From NCBI GenBank assembly GCA_043228905.1, contig JBHGNT010000010.1, forward strand, positions 14,570,001 to 14,634,000: 64,000 nt of DNA, in the 5' to 3' direction. The position numbers were made by a program, and so were the translations under genes. Below, one piece after another: positions 23,694 through 37,153 of the stretch (position 1 is its first letter; each line of letters begins with the position of its first letter). The notes under the pieces are model-generated. The model was not told the origin of the DNA and ran no database searches. It worked only from the letters and a program-made list of their open reading frames with translations. The stretch comes from Azolla caroliniana. Its lineage: Eukaryota > Plantae > Polypodiophyta.

Positions 23694-26600
23694 ATGAGGG
23701 GATCGGAGCTAGCAGAGGCAATGCCGGTGGCCGTCGACCGACTGGTGAGCGCTCGTGAGGAAACGGGTACCCTCGACAAGGCCATTGAATCGATCATCGG
23801 CTCTATAGGCCGTTTCGGAGGGAAAGACGCCACCAGTTATATGGAGGCTTACCGGGCCGAAATGATCATGAGGGATATCCCGGTGGACAGGCGGCTGTCC
23901 GGATTCCCTCGGGTGGTGTCATCGGGCATCCATGCAGAGGTGCTCGAGGTGCTGGCCGGATGCCAGACTTGGGAGGAGTTCGAGCTGCAGCTCCTCGAGA
24001 AGTACGGGTTTGACGACTCGCTCCGGCTGTCGAGGCGGAAATTCATGGGGTGGGTGGAAAGCTTCGGAAAAGGGAGGAACACGTCGGTGCTCCTCCAGGA
24101 GTTTGAAAAACGGTTCGCGCGGCTGTCGACGTTGGACCGGACGGTGCTCGAAACAAGTCGAGTACTACTGTTTGTCAAGTTGGTGGATGCGCTCGACAGG
24201 GAAAGACTGGGTCCCCTATTGGAAACGGACGAAGGGCTCACGACGGATTGGGCCGTGGTAAAGCGGGTCTGCAGCCGTTTCGACAAACGGCGCAATTGGA
24301 GCGACGGAAACACGTCGGGGTCGGGGCCGATCCCGGGGAGGAGGCTCGAGGAGCCGGTTTCGATGCCGTCTGGGAGGAAGAAAGAGACCCGAATCTGGCC
24401 GGAGTCGGGGTCGGCATCGAACGGCGTGGTCAGAGGCCCATCCGGAGGAACGACTCTGGAGGAGCTCAAACAGATGGTGCGCGACCTGCAGATCACATAG
24501 GCCCGGAGGGTTAGCGGTGAACAACCTCGCGACCGGAGGCCGCCGGCTGGGCAGCGGTGCATGTGGTGTGACGCGATCGGTCACATTCGGAAGGATTGCG
24601 TGGATTTCACCGATGCGCTCAGGGCCAACGTGGTGTACCTCTGGAACGGATGAGTGCAGGCAAGCAAGACGCGGAGAGCCCTAGAGCTGAACACGGGGCG
24701 CGGCAGAATGAAGAGGTTGATGGAAGAGGCCGCGGCACAGCATGTGGAAGCCGTCAACTACTCGGTGTCGGCGGGAATTCGGGTCGGGGGTGATGAGACC
24801 CAGAAGGCGAAGGACTCCGGATTCTGGCCACTAGTGCTAGAAGGCCTCTCCGGAGTTCGGCTGAGGAAGGAAGAGGCGGACCGCTGTCACATTATTACGC
24901 GCGTGCGTGGAGAAAAGCGGGACCACGGGGGTCTTGGACTAGAGAGTGATGGAGCGTAGGAAGTCGTGCTTCACTGTTTCTGGGGCATCCCAGAAACACA
25001 CCGGAAGCAACCGAAGGGAGAGAGAGAGAGAGCGTGCTTAACGCCGACTCGCACACACACACACACACAGCCAACCCGACTCACGGCTTATGTACAAAAA
25101 ACGTAGGGAAAGGGTAGGCACCCGACGCCAACAACGACGCGAATATACACGGACAAACGTATATATATATATATATATAAAGGGAAGAATACATTCCCGG
25201 TGTCGAGCCGTTCCAAGGTAGGTTACAGTAGTCGTCAGCTGCCAAGCCGCCGTCGGGGAGCTCACGGGCTCATCGCGCCGAGCGGGGTCTTGCGCAGGAG
25301 ATGAGCTGAAGCAAACCCTAAGCGAACACGAAGGAGAAGACGAAGAAGAAGAAGAAGAAGATACTAGCTCTAAACCTAACGGTATACCCTCTAATGCAAA
25401 ATGGGCAACCCTTTCACAAAGGGCGTTCCCTTCCTTTTATAGAACAAGGACAGGGATGCGTTACAATGTGGGATAAACCCCGACTTACATGGGATCGTCT
25501 GTCCCGACTTGACTACTCTTCGGCGCCATAAAGGCGTCCTCGATATTCACACTAAATGTACATGGGTGCGTACACATGCTGCACCCCGCCGATGTAGCCA
25601 GTGTTTCCCGGTTTCCGCCTCTGGCCGAAATTCTTCACGACACCGCGCGGAACAGCGGGTCCAGGAGGTCACCGGTTGGGACGATCCGGTCGAAGAGAAA
25701 ACGGGCTTCGTAGAAGCCACTTGCCAGAACTACGAGGTTCTGATGGAAGACAAACGGGCAGGAAAGGCCGGAGGGGTCGGCCCCCCGAGGTATGAGACCC
25801 GGTTCGGACTGAAACCGACCGGTGCGGGCAACCCGGGCACACCAGACGGAAAGAAGTAGGCGGGGTTTCGGTTGAGCACCGAGATCGTAAGGACCACAGA
25901 CCTGCGAAAGGTCCTGGAGGAACGTATCCTCGACAGCAAAGTGGAGTTGTCATTGCGGGTGCTAGGAATCGCCAAGAGGGAGTTCCACGACTCTATCATA
26001 GACTTGGTGAAGCGTAAGAGGCTCTCGACGGAGCCGGAACCGGAGAGGCCTGTGGAGGTGCGGACCACGCACCTGGAAGACGAAGCCCTGGAAGACGAGC
26101 TGGCAGGGAGCCACTACACGAAGCCGCATTGGGTCAGGGCGACTACGGAAACCCCTGTACGAATTGGCAACGTTCTGGAACCAGTGGTGGCATTGGTAAA
26201 CCATGGATCCGAAATCAACCTGATGTCCATGGATTTCTACAAGAAGGGTAAATGGCCGATCAACACCAAGCATGGCTGGAAGATACGAGCAGCGACGCGT
26301 GCCACAGAAGAACAACATGGGGCCTGTCCGAATGTATGGGTGAAAATCGGCGATGTCGAGATCGACTAGCACTTCTTCGTGCAGGAGACGTCCTCGCATC
26401 CGGTTATACTAGGAGAGCCATATATCACGGCGGCACGGATGGAGACCAAGGTGTTGGACAACGGTTCAGCCTATGCAAGCGTCAAGAGCCAGGACGGGCG
26501 TCACTCGGTCCAGTTCCTAACGGTGCGACCGAACCACGAGCATAACCACGAGGCCCTCGGGTTTCGCTGCCGAGGGTCTCACGGTTACGCTCGTGGTTTG

Positions 26601-29600
26601 GTTTTCAAGGCGTGGGGCCACGATAATCCAGACACCCGAGAAGAACCCCACAAATGTACAGTACGGAAGAAGACCTGTACCATAGGTAGGAAATTTTGGT
26701 TCTCTGACACCGGAGGTTGTACTATAACCAACGTCAGCGGCAGGGAGAGGAAGCGAGCGGAGGAGCGGCTCAGGGGATGCGGAGTCCTCTTCCCCGATGA
26801 GGACATCAGCGGCGCCGTGGAGGCGATCTCTTTTGACGACACCTTGGACGAACTACGAAAGGTGATTGGTGAAGACCTTAGGGAAGACCGGACCGTTCCG
26901 GTAGGGTCAATGGGAATGTACGAAGTCATCGCAGACTTCGGGGAAAGGATCGGGTCGAACCGGACGGCCCGCGTGGATACAAAATACAAGACTGTGGACC
27001 GGAAGGTGAGGCCACTCGCGGCACCCTTGCCGCAGGGCAGCGAGGAGCGGAAGTTTACGAAATCCGGCTAGCAAAGGGCACCGGTTCACCGACATAACTC
27101 TACGGGAGCTCAAGGTCGGTGGGGGCGGCTTTCTACTGCCGGCACAGGAGGACCGGTTCCGGAGAATGCTCGGGAGGCACGGGAAGTCTTTCGCATTCTC
27201 ACCGGAGGAGATCGGGTGCGTAGACGCGACAGTTGTCAAACCGATGGTGATCTTCACGGTACCGCATGTACCGTGGAATCTCAAGCCGATTCCGGTGCCA
27301 AGAGCTCACATCCCGAAGTTGATGGAGCTCCTAAAGCAAAAAGTGGAGATGGGCATCCTCGAACCATCGAGTGCCCTGTATTCGAATCGGTGGTTTACGG
27401 TGCCGAAAAAGAACGGCACGTTGCGCTTCATTCAGGACCTGCAACCGGTCAACAAGGTGACCATCCGTAACGCGGGAATCGGACCGACCATAGACGAGTT
27501 CGCGGAGGCTTTCGCCGGAACGTCGATTTACTCTGTCAGTGATCTGTACCCAGGGTATGATGAGTTCCAACTAGCCGTGGAAAGCCGAGACATTATGACG
27601 ATGCGGACTCCTCTCGGTCTAGTGCGGATGTCTACCCTGCCGCAAGGAGGGACGAACTCAGTGGCTCACATGGTGAACACGATGAACAAAGTGCTTAGGG
27701 ATTGTATCCCGGACATCACCATGCCATTTTTAGAAGACATCCCAATCAGGGGATGCCCGGTGGAGGAAAAGGACGAGGCAATCGGGCCAGACGGATGTCA
27801 AAATTTCATGGCGACTCACGTCGATGACTGCGAGAAGGTGCTACAGAGACTAGAAGGAGCGAGGCTCACCTTCTCCAGGGAAAAGTCGGCCTTCGGACCG
27901 TTAGAGATCTTGGTGGTCGGACACCTATGCGGGCCTTACGGTAGGAAACCGTCTCCGACAAAGGTAGAGGCCATCTCCGCGATGAGGAACAATTGCGGGT
28001 CGGTCACGGAGGTCCGCAGATTCTTGGGGGCATGCGTGTTCTACCACATCTGGATCCCGCACTACGCACATGTCGCGGAACCCCTCTACGGACTATTGAA
28101 AAAGGGGCGTAGCTTTGAGTGGACGACGGAGCACACAGAGTGGGTTCGGAGACTAAAGGAGGCGCTTATGGCAACACCAGCTCTCCGTAAAGCAGTTTAC
28201 GGCAAGGATGTTCCCATCTGCGTAACGGTGGACACCAGCCCGACCGGGATCGGGTGGGTAATCAACCAAGAGGGTAAGGGCAACGTAGGATTCCTGATCC
28301 GGTTCGGGGCGAAGGTATTGAGCGAGCGGCAGCGAGGATACCCCCAAGTTAAGCGCGAACTTTGGGGTGTCGTTTCAGTAGTCAAGGCCGACAGGGATTA
28401 TTTGATCGGGACGGAGGTGATTATCGAGACGGACTACCTGCCAATACTCAACATGGTTTCCAGATGCGCGACGCCGGACCTAGCAATGCTCCGGTGGATA
28501 GCGTACATTAGTTCCCTGAACCCGGAAAGGACAACGCCATGGCCGACATGCTTTCGAGGGCAAGGTTCAACGACGAACATGGCATGCTTTCGGATGACGA
28601 AGAAGTCGGCGAAGACTTCTTCGGGTCGGCTACCGTAACGATGAGAAAAGGGAACACTCCGGTGCTTAACGTGTTTGACGAAAGCAGGTACGACGGGGAG
28701 TGGCTCCAAATCGGGAGGTTCCTGTGGACGATGACGCCGGACGCAGCATGGGCGAGAGAGGAGGCGAGCTGGATACGGAGGAAGGCGTACCGATTCTTCC
28801 TGCAGGACGGGTGCATATGGAGGCACCCAAAGAAGAGAAGCGGCATTCCACTCCGAGTAGTGGGAAAGGAAGAAGAACAGGGGAAACTACTTGTAGCATT
28901 TCACAAGAGCCCCTGGGCCGGACACCGCAGAACGTGGGCCACTTTCGAGAAGCTGAAGGAGAAGTACTGGTGGCCGGGGCTATACCGGGACGTGCATCGG
29001 TACATAACGTCTTGCGAAAGCTGTCAGATGCACTCCGTAGTCCGACACCGGGACGAGCTACACCCAACCTACCCGCCTACTGTCCATTTCAAGTGGATGG
29101 TCGACTTGGTGACGATGCCGATGGGGGTAGGACGGATGTGATACCTGGTGCTTGCACGAGAGGACTTAACGAACCAGGTGGAAGGCCGTGCACTGCAAAG
29201 CAAGACAACCGCGGCGGTATGCCAGTTCCTGATCGAAGAAGTGGTGTGTCGATACGGGTGCGTCGGGAGGATCGTGGCGGACCAGGGAGAGCTGGATGCG
29301 TGGGAAGCTGAGGAGCTGTTCGACCGGCTAGTCGTCAAACTCTCCCTCACTACGGTGTACAATCCGAAGGCAAACGGAAAGGTAGAACGTGGGCACGGAC
29401 CTATCGTAAAAGCGTTGGTGCATGCATGCGGAGGGCAGATCGGGATTTGGCCGCGACTCCTTCCTTACACACTATGGGCGGACGGAACTACGCACAGTTC
29501 GGTGACAGGGTTTATGCCGGCGGAGCTGATGTACGGAAAAAAGCCAATAATGCCGGTGGAGCGGACGGTTTCTTCGTGGGCGGTGGTAGATTGGAAGGAT

Positions 29601-30038
29601 GAAATGAGACGGGAAGAGTTGCTGGCGGTGCGGATTCAACAACTCGAGCGGAGGCCGGAGGATGTGATACGGACGAAGGAAAGACTGCGAGTGCCGAGGG
29701 AGCGGAACAAGATCCGGTTCAACCGGACGCACCGATTGCGACCAAAGAAGATCGAGGAAGGCGATTGGGTCTTGGTATACGACAACAACCTCGACAATCA
29801 ACACAAGACGGTGCAGATGTTTGCCAGGAGGTGGTTCGGGCCCTACATGGTGACGAGCGCGAACGACAACGGCACATACCACCTCGCGGAACTCGACGGG
29901 ACACGGTTAGCGGTGCCGGTGGCCGGGAAGCGTATCAAAGCGTTCAAAAAGCGGTTCGAAGACGAGCCGAAGCCTGCGAGTGGGAGCGACAACGACGATC
30001 AGTTCGGGCCCGGCGGAGAATCGGAGAGTAACGAGTGA
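23694..30038 (+). pseudogene. pol: gypsy gag-PR-RT-RNaseH-integrase, degenerate, interrupted by a solo LTR
   Basis: ORFs 23667..24500, 25872..26369 (ALVNHGSEIN protease), 27166..28638 (RT), 28539..29141, 29148..30038 (integrase). Confidence 0.9.
24885..25642 (-). repeat. Solo LTR of the Trp-PBS gypsy family (758 bp), TSD CCGC
   Basis: TG...CA termini; CCGC at 24881-24884 and 25643-25646; host gag sequence rejoins; similar to LTR 13739-14406. Confidence 0.92.
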
Positions 30039-30092
30039 AGCCGGTCTTCTTCGGTATCTGCCCGTCTCTGGCGCATGCCGACGGATGCGCGG

Positions 30093-30743
30093 TGTCGTGT
30101 TACTACGCGCGTGCGTGGAGAAACGAGGCGGGACCACCGGGGTCTTGAACCGAAGAGCAGGTGATAGAAGGGGAAAGAGAAAGAGAGAGACGCCCGGTTA
30201 TGTATGAGCAAAGAAACACAAGGGCACGGCCCGTCAACGCAGAAGACGCGAATGGACACAAAGACAGAGAGACACAAATGTTTGTATATTAACGAATGAC
30301 AAATAAACAACAGAGCACGCGAGCGGTTACAACCGAACGGGCCGGCGAACAGATGCCGATGCTTGTTCGTCTGCGCACGAAAAGGGGATAGGATGGAGGT
30401 GCTGCCGGAAGCACACGGGCGTTCCTCGAAGCAGTGCGAGCCTCCCAAAAACCTGCAGAGAAGACCAATAGAGAACAACCAGAGGAGAAGCGTTCGGTTA
30501 CGGTCCGACAGCACTTCGTCCTCCTCAATGCGCGACCCCCTTCTCCCCGCGTCTCCCTCTCCTTTATAGCTTCAAGAAGGGAGCCATTTCCCTCATTAAC
30601 TTCCTACCTACCGAATCTAACTACCTAGGATATACCTTTGTACCTAATCCTCTATTATATACATTAAAGGGCGCGTACGCGTGAAGAGTCGGTTCGCGCG
30701 CGCTATGCACCGATTGTGCTAAGGGACGGTTTTCTTCACGACA
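30093..30743 (-). repeat. 3' LTR (651 bp)
   Basis: Direct repeat of 36484-37134. Confidence 0.93.
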
Positions 30744-30789
30744 TCCGCCCCCACCTAACCGCGCATCCACCGGTATGCGCCAAAATTGG

Positions 30790-33700
30790 GTTCTGGTTGG
30801 AGGAAACCGGTCCGGGTTCCGGTTCTTCGTCCATCGGTTCGTCCTCCGTTTCGGACTATTCGTCGTCGTTGTCCAAGCCTCTTACATCCGGTTCGCCGTC
30901 GTGGCGTTTCTTGAACGCCTTGATCCGCTTCCCTGCTACCGGTATCACCATCCTCGTACTGTCGAGTTCCGCCAGGTGATACGTCCCGTTGTCGTTGGCG
31001 CTCATTACCACGTAAGGCCCGAACCACCGCTTTGCAAACTTCCGTGTTGTCCAGTGCTGGTTGTCGAGGCTGCTGTCGTAGACTAGTACCCAGTCGCCTT
31101 CCTCGATTTTCTTTGGTCGGACCCGGTGCGTTCGGTCAAACCGGGCTTTGTTCCTCATCTTGGCCGTCCGAAGTCTCTCCGCTGCTTGTTCCACATCCCC
31201 TAGCCTCCGCTCGAGCTGTCGTATACGCGCCGCTAGCAATTCTTCCCAGCTCATCTCATCTCTCCAGTCCATTATCGCCCAAGAGGAGATCGTCCGTTCC
31301 ATCGGCATGATTGGCTTCTGTCCGAACATGAGCTCTGACGGCATGAACCCAGTTACCAAACTGTGCGTTGTCCGGTCCGCCCACAAGGCATAAAGGTAAC
31401 AGTCGTGGCCAGTTCCCGACCTGGCCTCTGCATGCCCGGACTAGTGCTTTGATGATCGGTCCGTGTCCGCACTCCACCTTCCCGTTCGCCTCCGGATTGT
31501 ACGCTGTGGTGAGCGAGAGCTTGACCCCTAAGCGGTCGAACAGCTCCTCGGCCTCTTCGGCGTCCAACTCCCCGCGGTCAGCCACGATCTTCCCGATGCA
31601 CCCGTATCGGCATATCACGTCCTCGATCAGGAACCGACACACGGCCGCAGTCGTTTTGTTCTGCAGGGCTCGGCCTTCCACCTGGTTCGTCAGGTCCTCC
31701 CGGGCCAGCACCAGATATCGCATCTGCCCTACGCCCATCGGCATCGTCACCAAATCTACCATCCATTTGAAGTGGATGGGCGGAGGGTATGTAGGGTGAA
31801 GCTCGTCCCGATGTCAGACTATGGAGTGTATCTGACAGCTCTCACAAGTTGTCACAAACCGATGCACGTCCCGGTACAGTCCCGGCCACCAGTACTTCCC
31901 CTTTAGTTTCTCGAACGTGGCCCACGTCCCACGGTGTCCAGTCCAGGGGCTGTCGTGGTAGGCCTTCAGCACCTCCTCTTGTTCCTCCTCCATCACCACT
32001 ACTCGGAGCGGGATGTCGTTTCTCTTCTTCGGGTGCTTCCACAAGTATCCATCCCGGAGAAAGAATCGGTATGCTTTCTTCCGGATCCGGTTGGCCTCGT
32101 TCTTTGTCCATGACCCGTCCGGCGTCATCGTCCTTAAGAATCCCCCAATCTGCAGCCACTCCCCATCGTACTTTCTCTCGTTAAAATCGTTAAGCGCTAG
32201 AGTGCTCCCTCCCTCGGTAGTCACGTAGGCCGCCTCGAAGAAGTCTACGCCGACTTCCTCGTCTTCCGAAACCATGCCGCCCTCGTCGTCGAATCGTGCC
32301 CTCAAAAGCATGTCGGCCATGGCATTGTCTTTCCCGGAAATGTGTCGTATTTCCGGATCAAGGGACTTGATGTACGCTATCCACCTGAGCATTGCCAGGT
32401 CCGGGGTTGCGCATCCGGAAACCATGCCGAGAATCGGCAGGCAGTCCGTCTCGATAATCACCTCTTTCCCGATCAGATAGTCTTTATCGGCCTTCACCGC
32501 CGAAACGATACCCCAGAGTTCGCGTTTAACTTGGGCGTATCCTCGCTATCGCTCGCTGAGGACCTTTGCGCCGAACCGGATCGGGAACCGAATGCCATCC
32601 CCATCTTCTTGGTTGACAACCCATCCGATCCCAGTCGGACTCGTATCTACCGTTATGTAGATGGGAGTGCCTTTCTCGTAGACAGCCTTCCGGAGTGCCG
32701 GAGCTGCAGCAAGAGCCTCCTTCATTTTTCGGACCGACTCCGCATGCTCGTCTCGCCACTCAAATTTTTGCCCCTTTTTTAGCAACACGTATAGCGGCTC
32801 GGCAATGTGGGCATAATGCGGGATCCATATGTGGTAGAACACGCATGCTCCCAAGAACCTCCGTACCTCCGTGACCGAGTTACAGTCGGGCTTCATTCCG
32901 AAGATGGCTTCGACCTTAGCCGGAGACAGTTTCCGGCCATACGGTCCACATAGATGTCCGACGACCATGATCTCTGATTGCCCGAAGGCCGATTTCTCCC
33001 TGGAAAAGGTGAGCCTCGCATCCTCTAGCCTCTGCAGCACCCTCTCGCAGTCGTCAATGTGTGTCGCCATGAATCTCCGGCATCCGTCCGGTCCGATCGT
33101 TTCGTCCTTTTCCTCCACCAGACATCCCTTGATCGAGATGTCGTCCAAGAATGGCATGGTGATGTCCGGGATACAATCCCTCAGCACGTTGTTCATCGCA
33201 TTCACCATGTGGGCCACCGAGTTCGTCCCTCCTTGTGGTAGGGTACACATCCGCACTAGGCCGAGAGGAGTCCGCATCGTCGTATTGTCTCTGCTCTCTA
33301 CGGCTAGTTGGAACTGATCGTACCCCGAGTACAGATCACCGACCGAGTAGATCGACCTTCCGGCAAAGGCCTCCGCGAACTCGTCTATCGTTGGTCCGAT
33401 TCCTGCATTCCGAATGGTCACTTTGTTGACCGGTTGCAGGTCTTGAATGAAGCGCAACGTCCCGTTCTTCTTCGGTACGGTAAACCACCGGAACGAGTAC
33501 GGGGCACTCGACGGTTCGATGATGCCCATATCAATTTTCTGCCTCAACAGCTCCATCAGCTCCGGGATGTGAGCTCTCGGTACCGGAATTGGTTTGAGAT
33601 TCCACAGCACATGCGGTACCGTGAATAACCATCGGCTTCACAACTGTCGGGTCTACGCACCCGATCTCTCCCGGTGAGAATGCGAAGGCTTTCCCGTGCC

Positions 33701-34322
33701 TTCCGAGCATTCTCCGAAACCGGTCTTCTTCCACCGGTAGTAGGAACCCGCCCCCACCGATTTTGAGCTCCCGTAGCGTTCTGTCGGTGAAGGCGTGTCC
33801 TATGCAGGCCGGATCTCGTAAACTGGGGTTCGACGCGACCCCCTTGATTCGCAACGCGCTGCCCTCCGGTAAGGGTGCCGCTACTAGCCTTACCTTTCGG
33901 TCCACAGTCTTGTACTTCGTGTTAACCCGGGCCGTCCGATCCGACTCGAGCCCTCGACTGAAGTCCGCGATGACTTCGTACATTTCTTCTGAACAAACCG
34001 GTATCGTCTAGTCCCCTTTAAGGCCCTCTCCGACCACCTCTCGCAGTATTCCCAAGGTATCGTCGAAGGAGACCGCCTCCACGGCTCCGTTGATTTCCTC
34101 ACTGGGCCCGAGAACTCCGCATGCCCGAAGTCGCTCTTCCTCCCTTGTCTTTTCTCGGCGAACGACGCCGACTATCGTACACCCTCCGTTGTCGGAGAAA
34201 CAAAACTTCCTACTTATGGTACAAGGTTTCTTCGGTTTCGCCTCTATCGTACATTTGTGGGGTTTTCCCGGAGTGTGCGGACTGTCGCGGCCCCACGCCT
34301 TGATAGCCCTCTCTAAAAATCC
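30790..34322 (-). pseudogene. pol: gypsy ORF2: linker, RT, RNase H, integrase (-1 frame relative to Gag-PR)
   Basis: ORFs 33531..33983, 32546..33610, 31814..32497, 31256..31762, 30856..31386. Confidence 0.9.
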
Positions 34323-36439
34323 TCTCGGTTCTTGCCACCGAGGGACTCGCGGTTTTGCTCATGGTTCGGTCGCACCGTCAGGAACTGGACCGAATGACGC
34401 CCGTCCTGACTCTTGACCCTCGCGTAAGCCGACCCGTTGTCCAGCACCTTGGTCTCCATCCGTGCTGCCGTAATGTACGGTTCTCCTAGTATGACCGGGT
34501 GCGAGGACGTCTCCTGCACAAAGAAGTGTTGGTCTATCTCGACGTCGCCGATCTTGACTCGCACGTTTGGGCTGGCCTCGTGTAGTTCCTCGGTGGTGCG
34601 CGTCGCCGCCCGTATCTTCCACCCGTGCTTGGTGTTGATCGGCCATTTCCCCTTCTTGTAGAAGTCCATGGACATCAGGTTTATTTCCGAACCGTGGTCC
34701 ACCAGTGCCACCACCGGTTCTTGAACATCTCCGATCTTCACCGGGGTTTCCGTGGTCGCTCGGGCCCAGTGTGGCCTCGAATAGTGGCTCTCCGCCCACT
34801 CGTCTTCCAGCGCCATGTCCTCTATGTGCGCCGTCCGCACCTCCACCGGCCTTTCCGGTTCTGTCTCCGTCGACAGCCTCTTCCTCTTCACCAAGTCTAC
34901 GATGGAGTCATGGAACTCCTTCTTGGCGATTCCGAGCACCTCCCGCAACGACAGTTCCACCTTGCTGTCGAGGATTCGTTCTTCCAGGACCTTTCGTAGG
35001 TCCGTGGTCCTTTCGATCTCCGTGCCCAACCGGTATCCGCCCTTCTTGTGGTTATCCCGGGCACTGGTCTCACCGGCCTCGTTCTGTTTCGGCCTGAATC
35101 GGGTTTCGTATCTCTGTGAGGGTCCGGCCCCTCCGGTTTTACCTACCCGTTTGTCTTCAACCAGAGCCTCGTAGTTCTGGCAAGCTGCTTCGACGAAACC
35201 CGTCTTTTCTTCGACCGGGTCACTCCACCCGGTTACCTCCTGGACCCGCTTCTCCGCGCGGTCCGCCTCGTCTTTCTTTAGTCGGGCACCGGCGAGGCCT
35301 TCCAGCACTGTCGGCTAGAACCCGGCTTTGCTCTCCTTCCGGGCCTCGCTACCTCCAACCCGAATACCGGCTGACGCTGAGTAGTGGACGGTCTCCGCGT
35401 GTTGGGCCGCCGCCTCTTCCATCAGCCTTTTCATTCCTCCTCGCCCGTCGTTTCGGTTCAGGGCCCTCCGGGTATCACTGGCATGCACCCGACCTTCCCA
35501 CAGGTACACTACCCGGCTGTTCAAAGCCTTCACAAAGTCCCCACAGTCTTTCCGGATGTGGCCGACCTCGTCACACCACATGCACCTATTTCCTGGCGGA
35601 GGCTGTCGGTCACGAGCATGTTCGCCGCCTTCCCTCCGAGCCTGGGCGATCTGGAGATCCGTTACCGCCCGTGTCAACTCTTCCAAAGCTATTCCCCCGG
35701 ACGAGCCTCTGACCACGCCGGTCGAAGCCGAACCGGTTTCGAGCCACTCCCGGGTCTCTTCCCTTCACGCCTGCGGTATCGGTTCGAGCTTCCTTGGTGC
35801 GACAGGACCCGCCCCGGTCGCCCCCGTATCAACCCACTCCCACCGTTTGTCAAAACGGCCGCAGACTATTTTTACCGCGGCCCAGTCGGCCGTCAGCCCG
35901 TCTTCGGTTTCCAGTAAGAAGCCCACTTGCCCCCGATCCCGTGCGTCAACCGATTTGACAAACAGTAGGACACGACTTGTGTCTAGAACGGTCCGATCGA
36001 GCGCCGAAAGGCGCACAAAGCGTTCCTCAAACTCCCAGAGGAGTACCGACGCATTTCTTCCTTTGTTGGGGGACTCCACCCACTCCATCAAGCCCTGCTT
36101 CGAAAGTCGAAGAGCGTCATCCAGCCCGTATTTCTCCAGGAGCCGTCCTTCGAACTCCTCCCAGGTCCGGCTCTCCGCCCTGACCTCGAGCTCCTCCGCA
36201 TGGATGCCCGGCATCGCCACTCGAGGGAATCCGGCAAGACGCCTCTCTTCCGGAATATCCCTCATCAACATCTCCGCCCGGTAGGACGCGAAATAATTCG
36301 TGGCATCCTTTCCACTGAATAGGCCGATCGTACTGACAATCGCCTCAATAGCCCTGTCAAGGGCGTCGGTGCCCTCGCGCGCGCTCACTATCCGGTCCAC
36401 GGTCGAAGCCATGGCCTCTGCAAGATCTGACCCCCTCAT
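34313..36439 (-). pseudogene. gag: gypsy ORF1: Gag + zinc knuckle + aspartic protease
   Basis: In-frame ORFs 35765..36439, 35315..35716 (CMWCDEVGHIRKDC) and 34313..35308 (ALVDHGSEIN), with internal stops. Confidence 0.88.
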
Positions 36440-36483
36440 CTTCTACTCCTCTGCCTCCTTGTTCACGTCGGGTTCACCAAATA

Positions 36484-37134
36484 TGTCGCGTTACTACGCG
36501 CGTGCGTGGAGAAACGAGGCGGGACCACCGGGGTCTTGAACCGAAGAGCAGGTGATAGAAGGGGAAAGAGAAAGAGAGAGACGCTCGGTTATGTATGAGC
36601 AAAGAAACATAGGGGCACAGCCCGTCAACGCAGAAGACGCGAATGGACACAGAGACAGAGAGCCACAAATGTTTGTATATTAACGAATGACAAATAAACA
36701 ACAGAGCATGCGAGTGGTTACAACCGAATGGGCCGGCGAACAGATGTCGATGCCTGTTCGTCTGCGCATGAAAAGGGGATAGGATGGAGGTGCTGCCGGA
36801 AGCACACGGGCGTTCCTCGAAGCAGCGCAAGCCTCCCGAAAACCTGCAGAGAAGACCAATAGAGAACAACCAGAGGAGAAGCGTTCGGTTACGGTCCGAC
36901 AACACTTCGTCCTCCTCAATGCGCGACCCCCTTCTCCCCGCGTCTCCCTCTCCTTTATAGCTTCAAGAAGGGAGCCGTTTCCCTCATTAACTTCCTACCT
37001 ACCGAATCTAACTACCTAGGATATACCTTTGTACCTAATCCTCTATTATATACATTAAAGGGCGCGCACGCGTGAAGAGCCAGTTCGCGCGCGCTATGCA
37101 CCGATTGCGCTAAGGGACGGTTTTCTTCATGACA
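36484..37134 (-). repeat. 5' LTR (651 bp)
   Basis: 4 nt from the tRNA-Trp PBS. Confidence 0.93.
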
Positions 37135-37153
37135 ACGGTTTGGTGGGGGTGGA

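Larger units (their letters stand above)
30093..37134 (-). mobile_element. Full-length Ty3/gypsy (Trp-PBS family), ~7.0 kb
   Basis: 651-bp LTRs 30093-30743 and 36484-37134; PBS 36479-36462; PPT 30744-30757; 4-bp TSD GCGG/ACGG. Confidence 0.95.

Noticed and set aside
29999-30514. 171-aa ORF repeated at 36474..36905
   Set aside because: Chance ORF duplicated because it lies in paired LTRs
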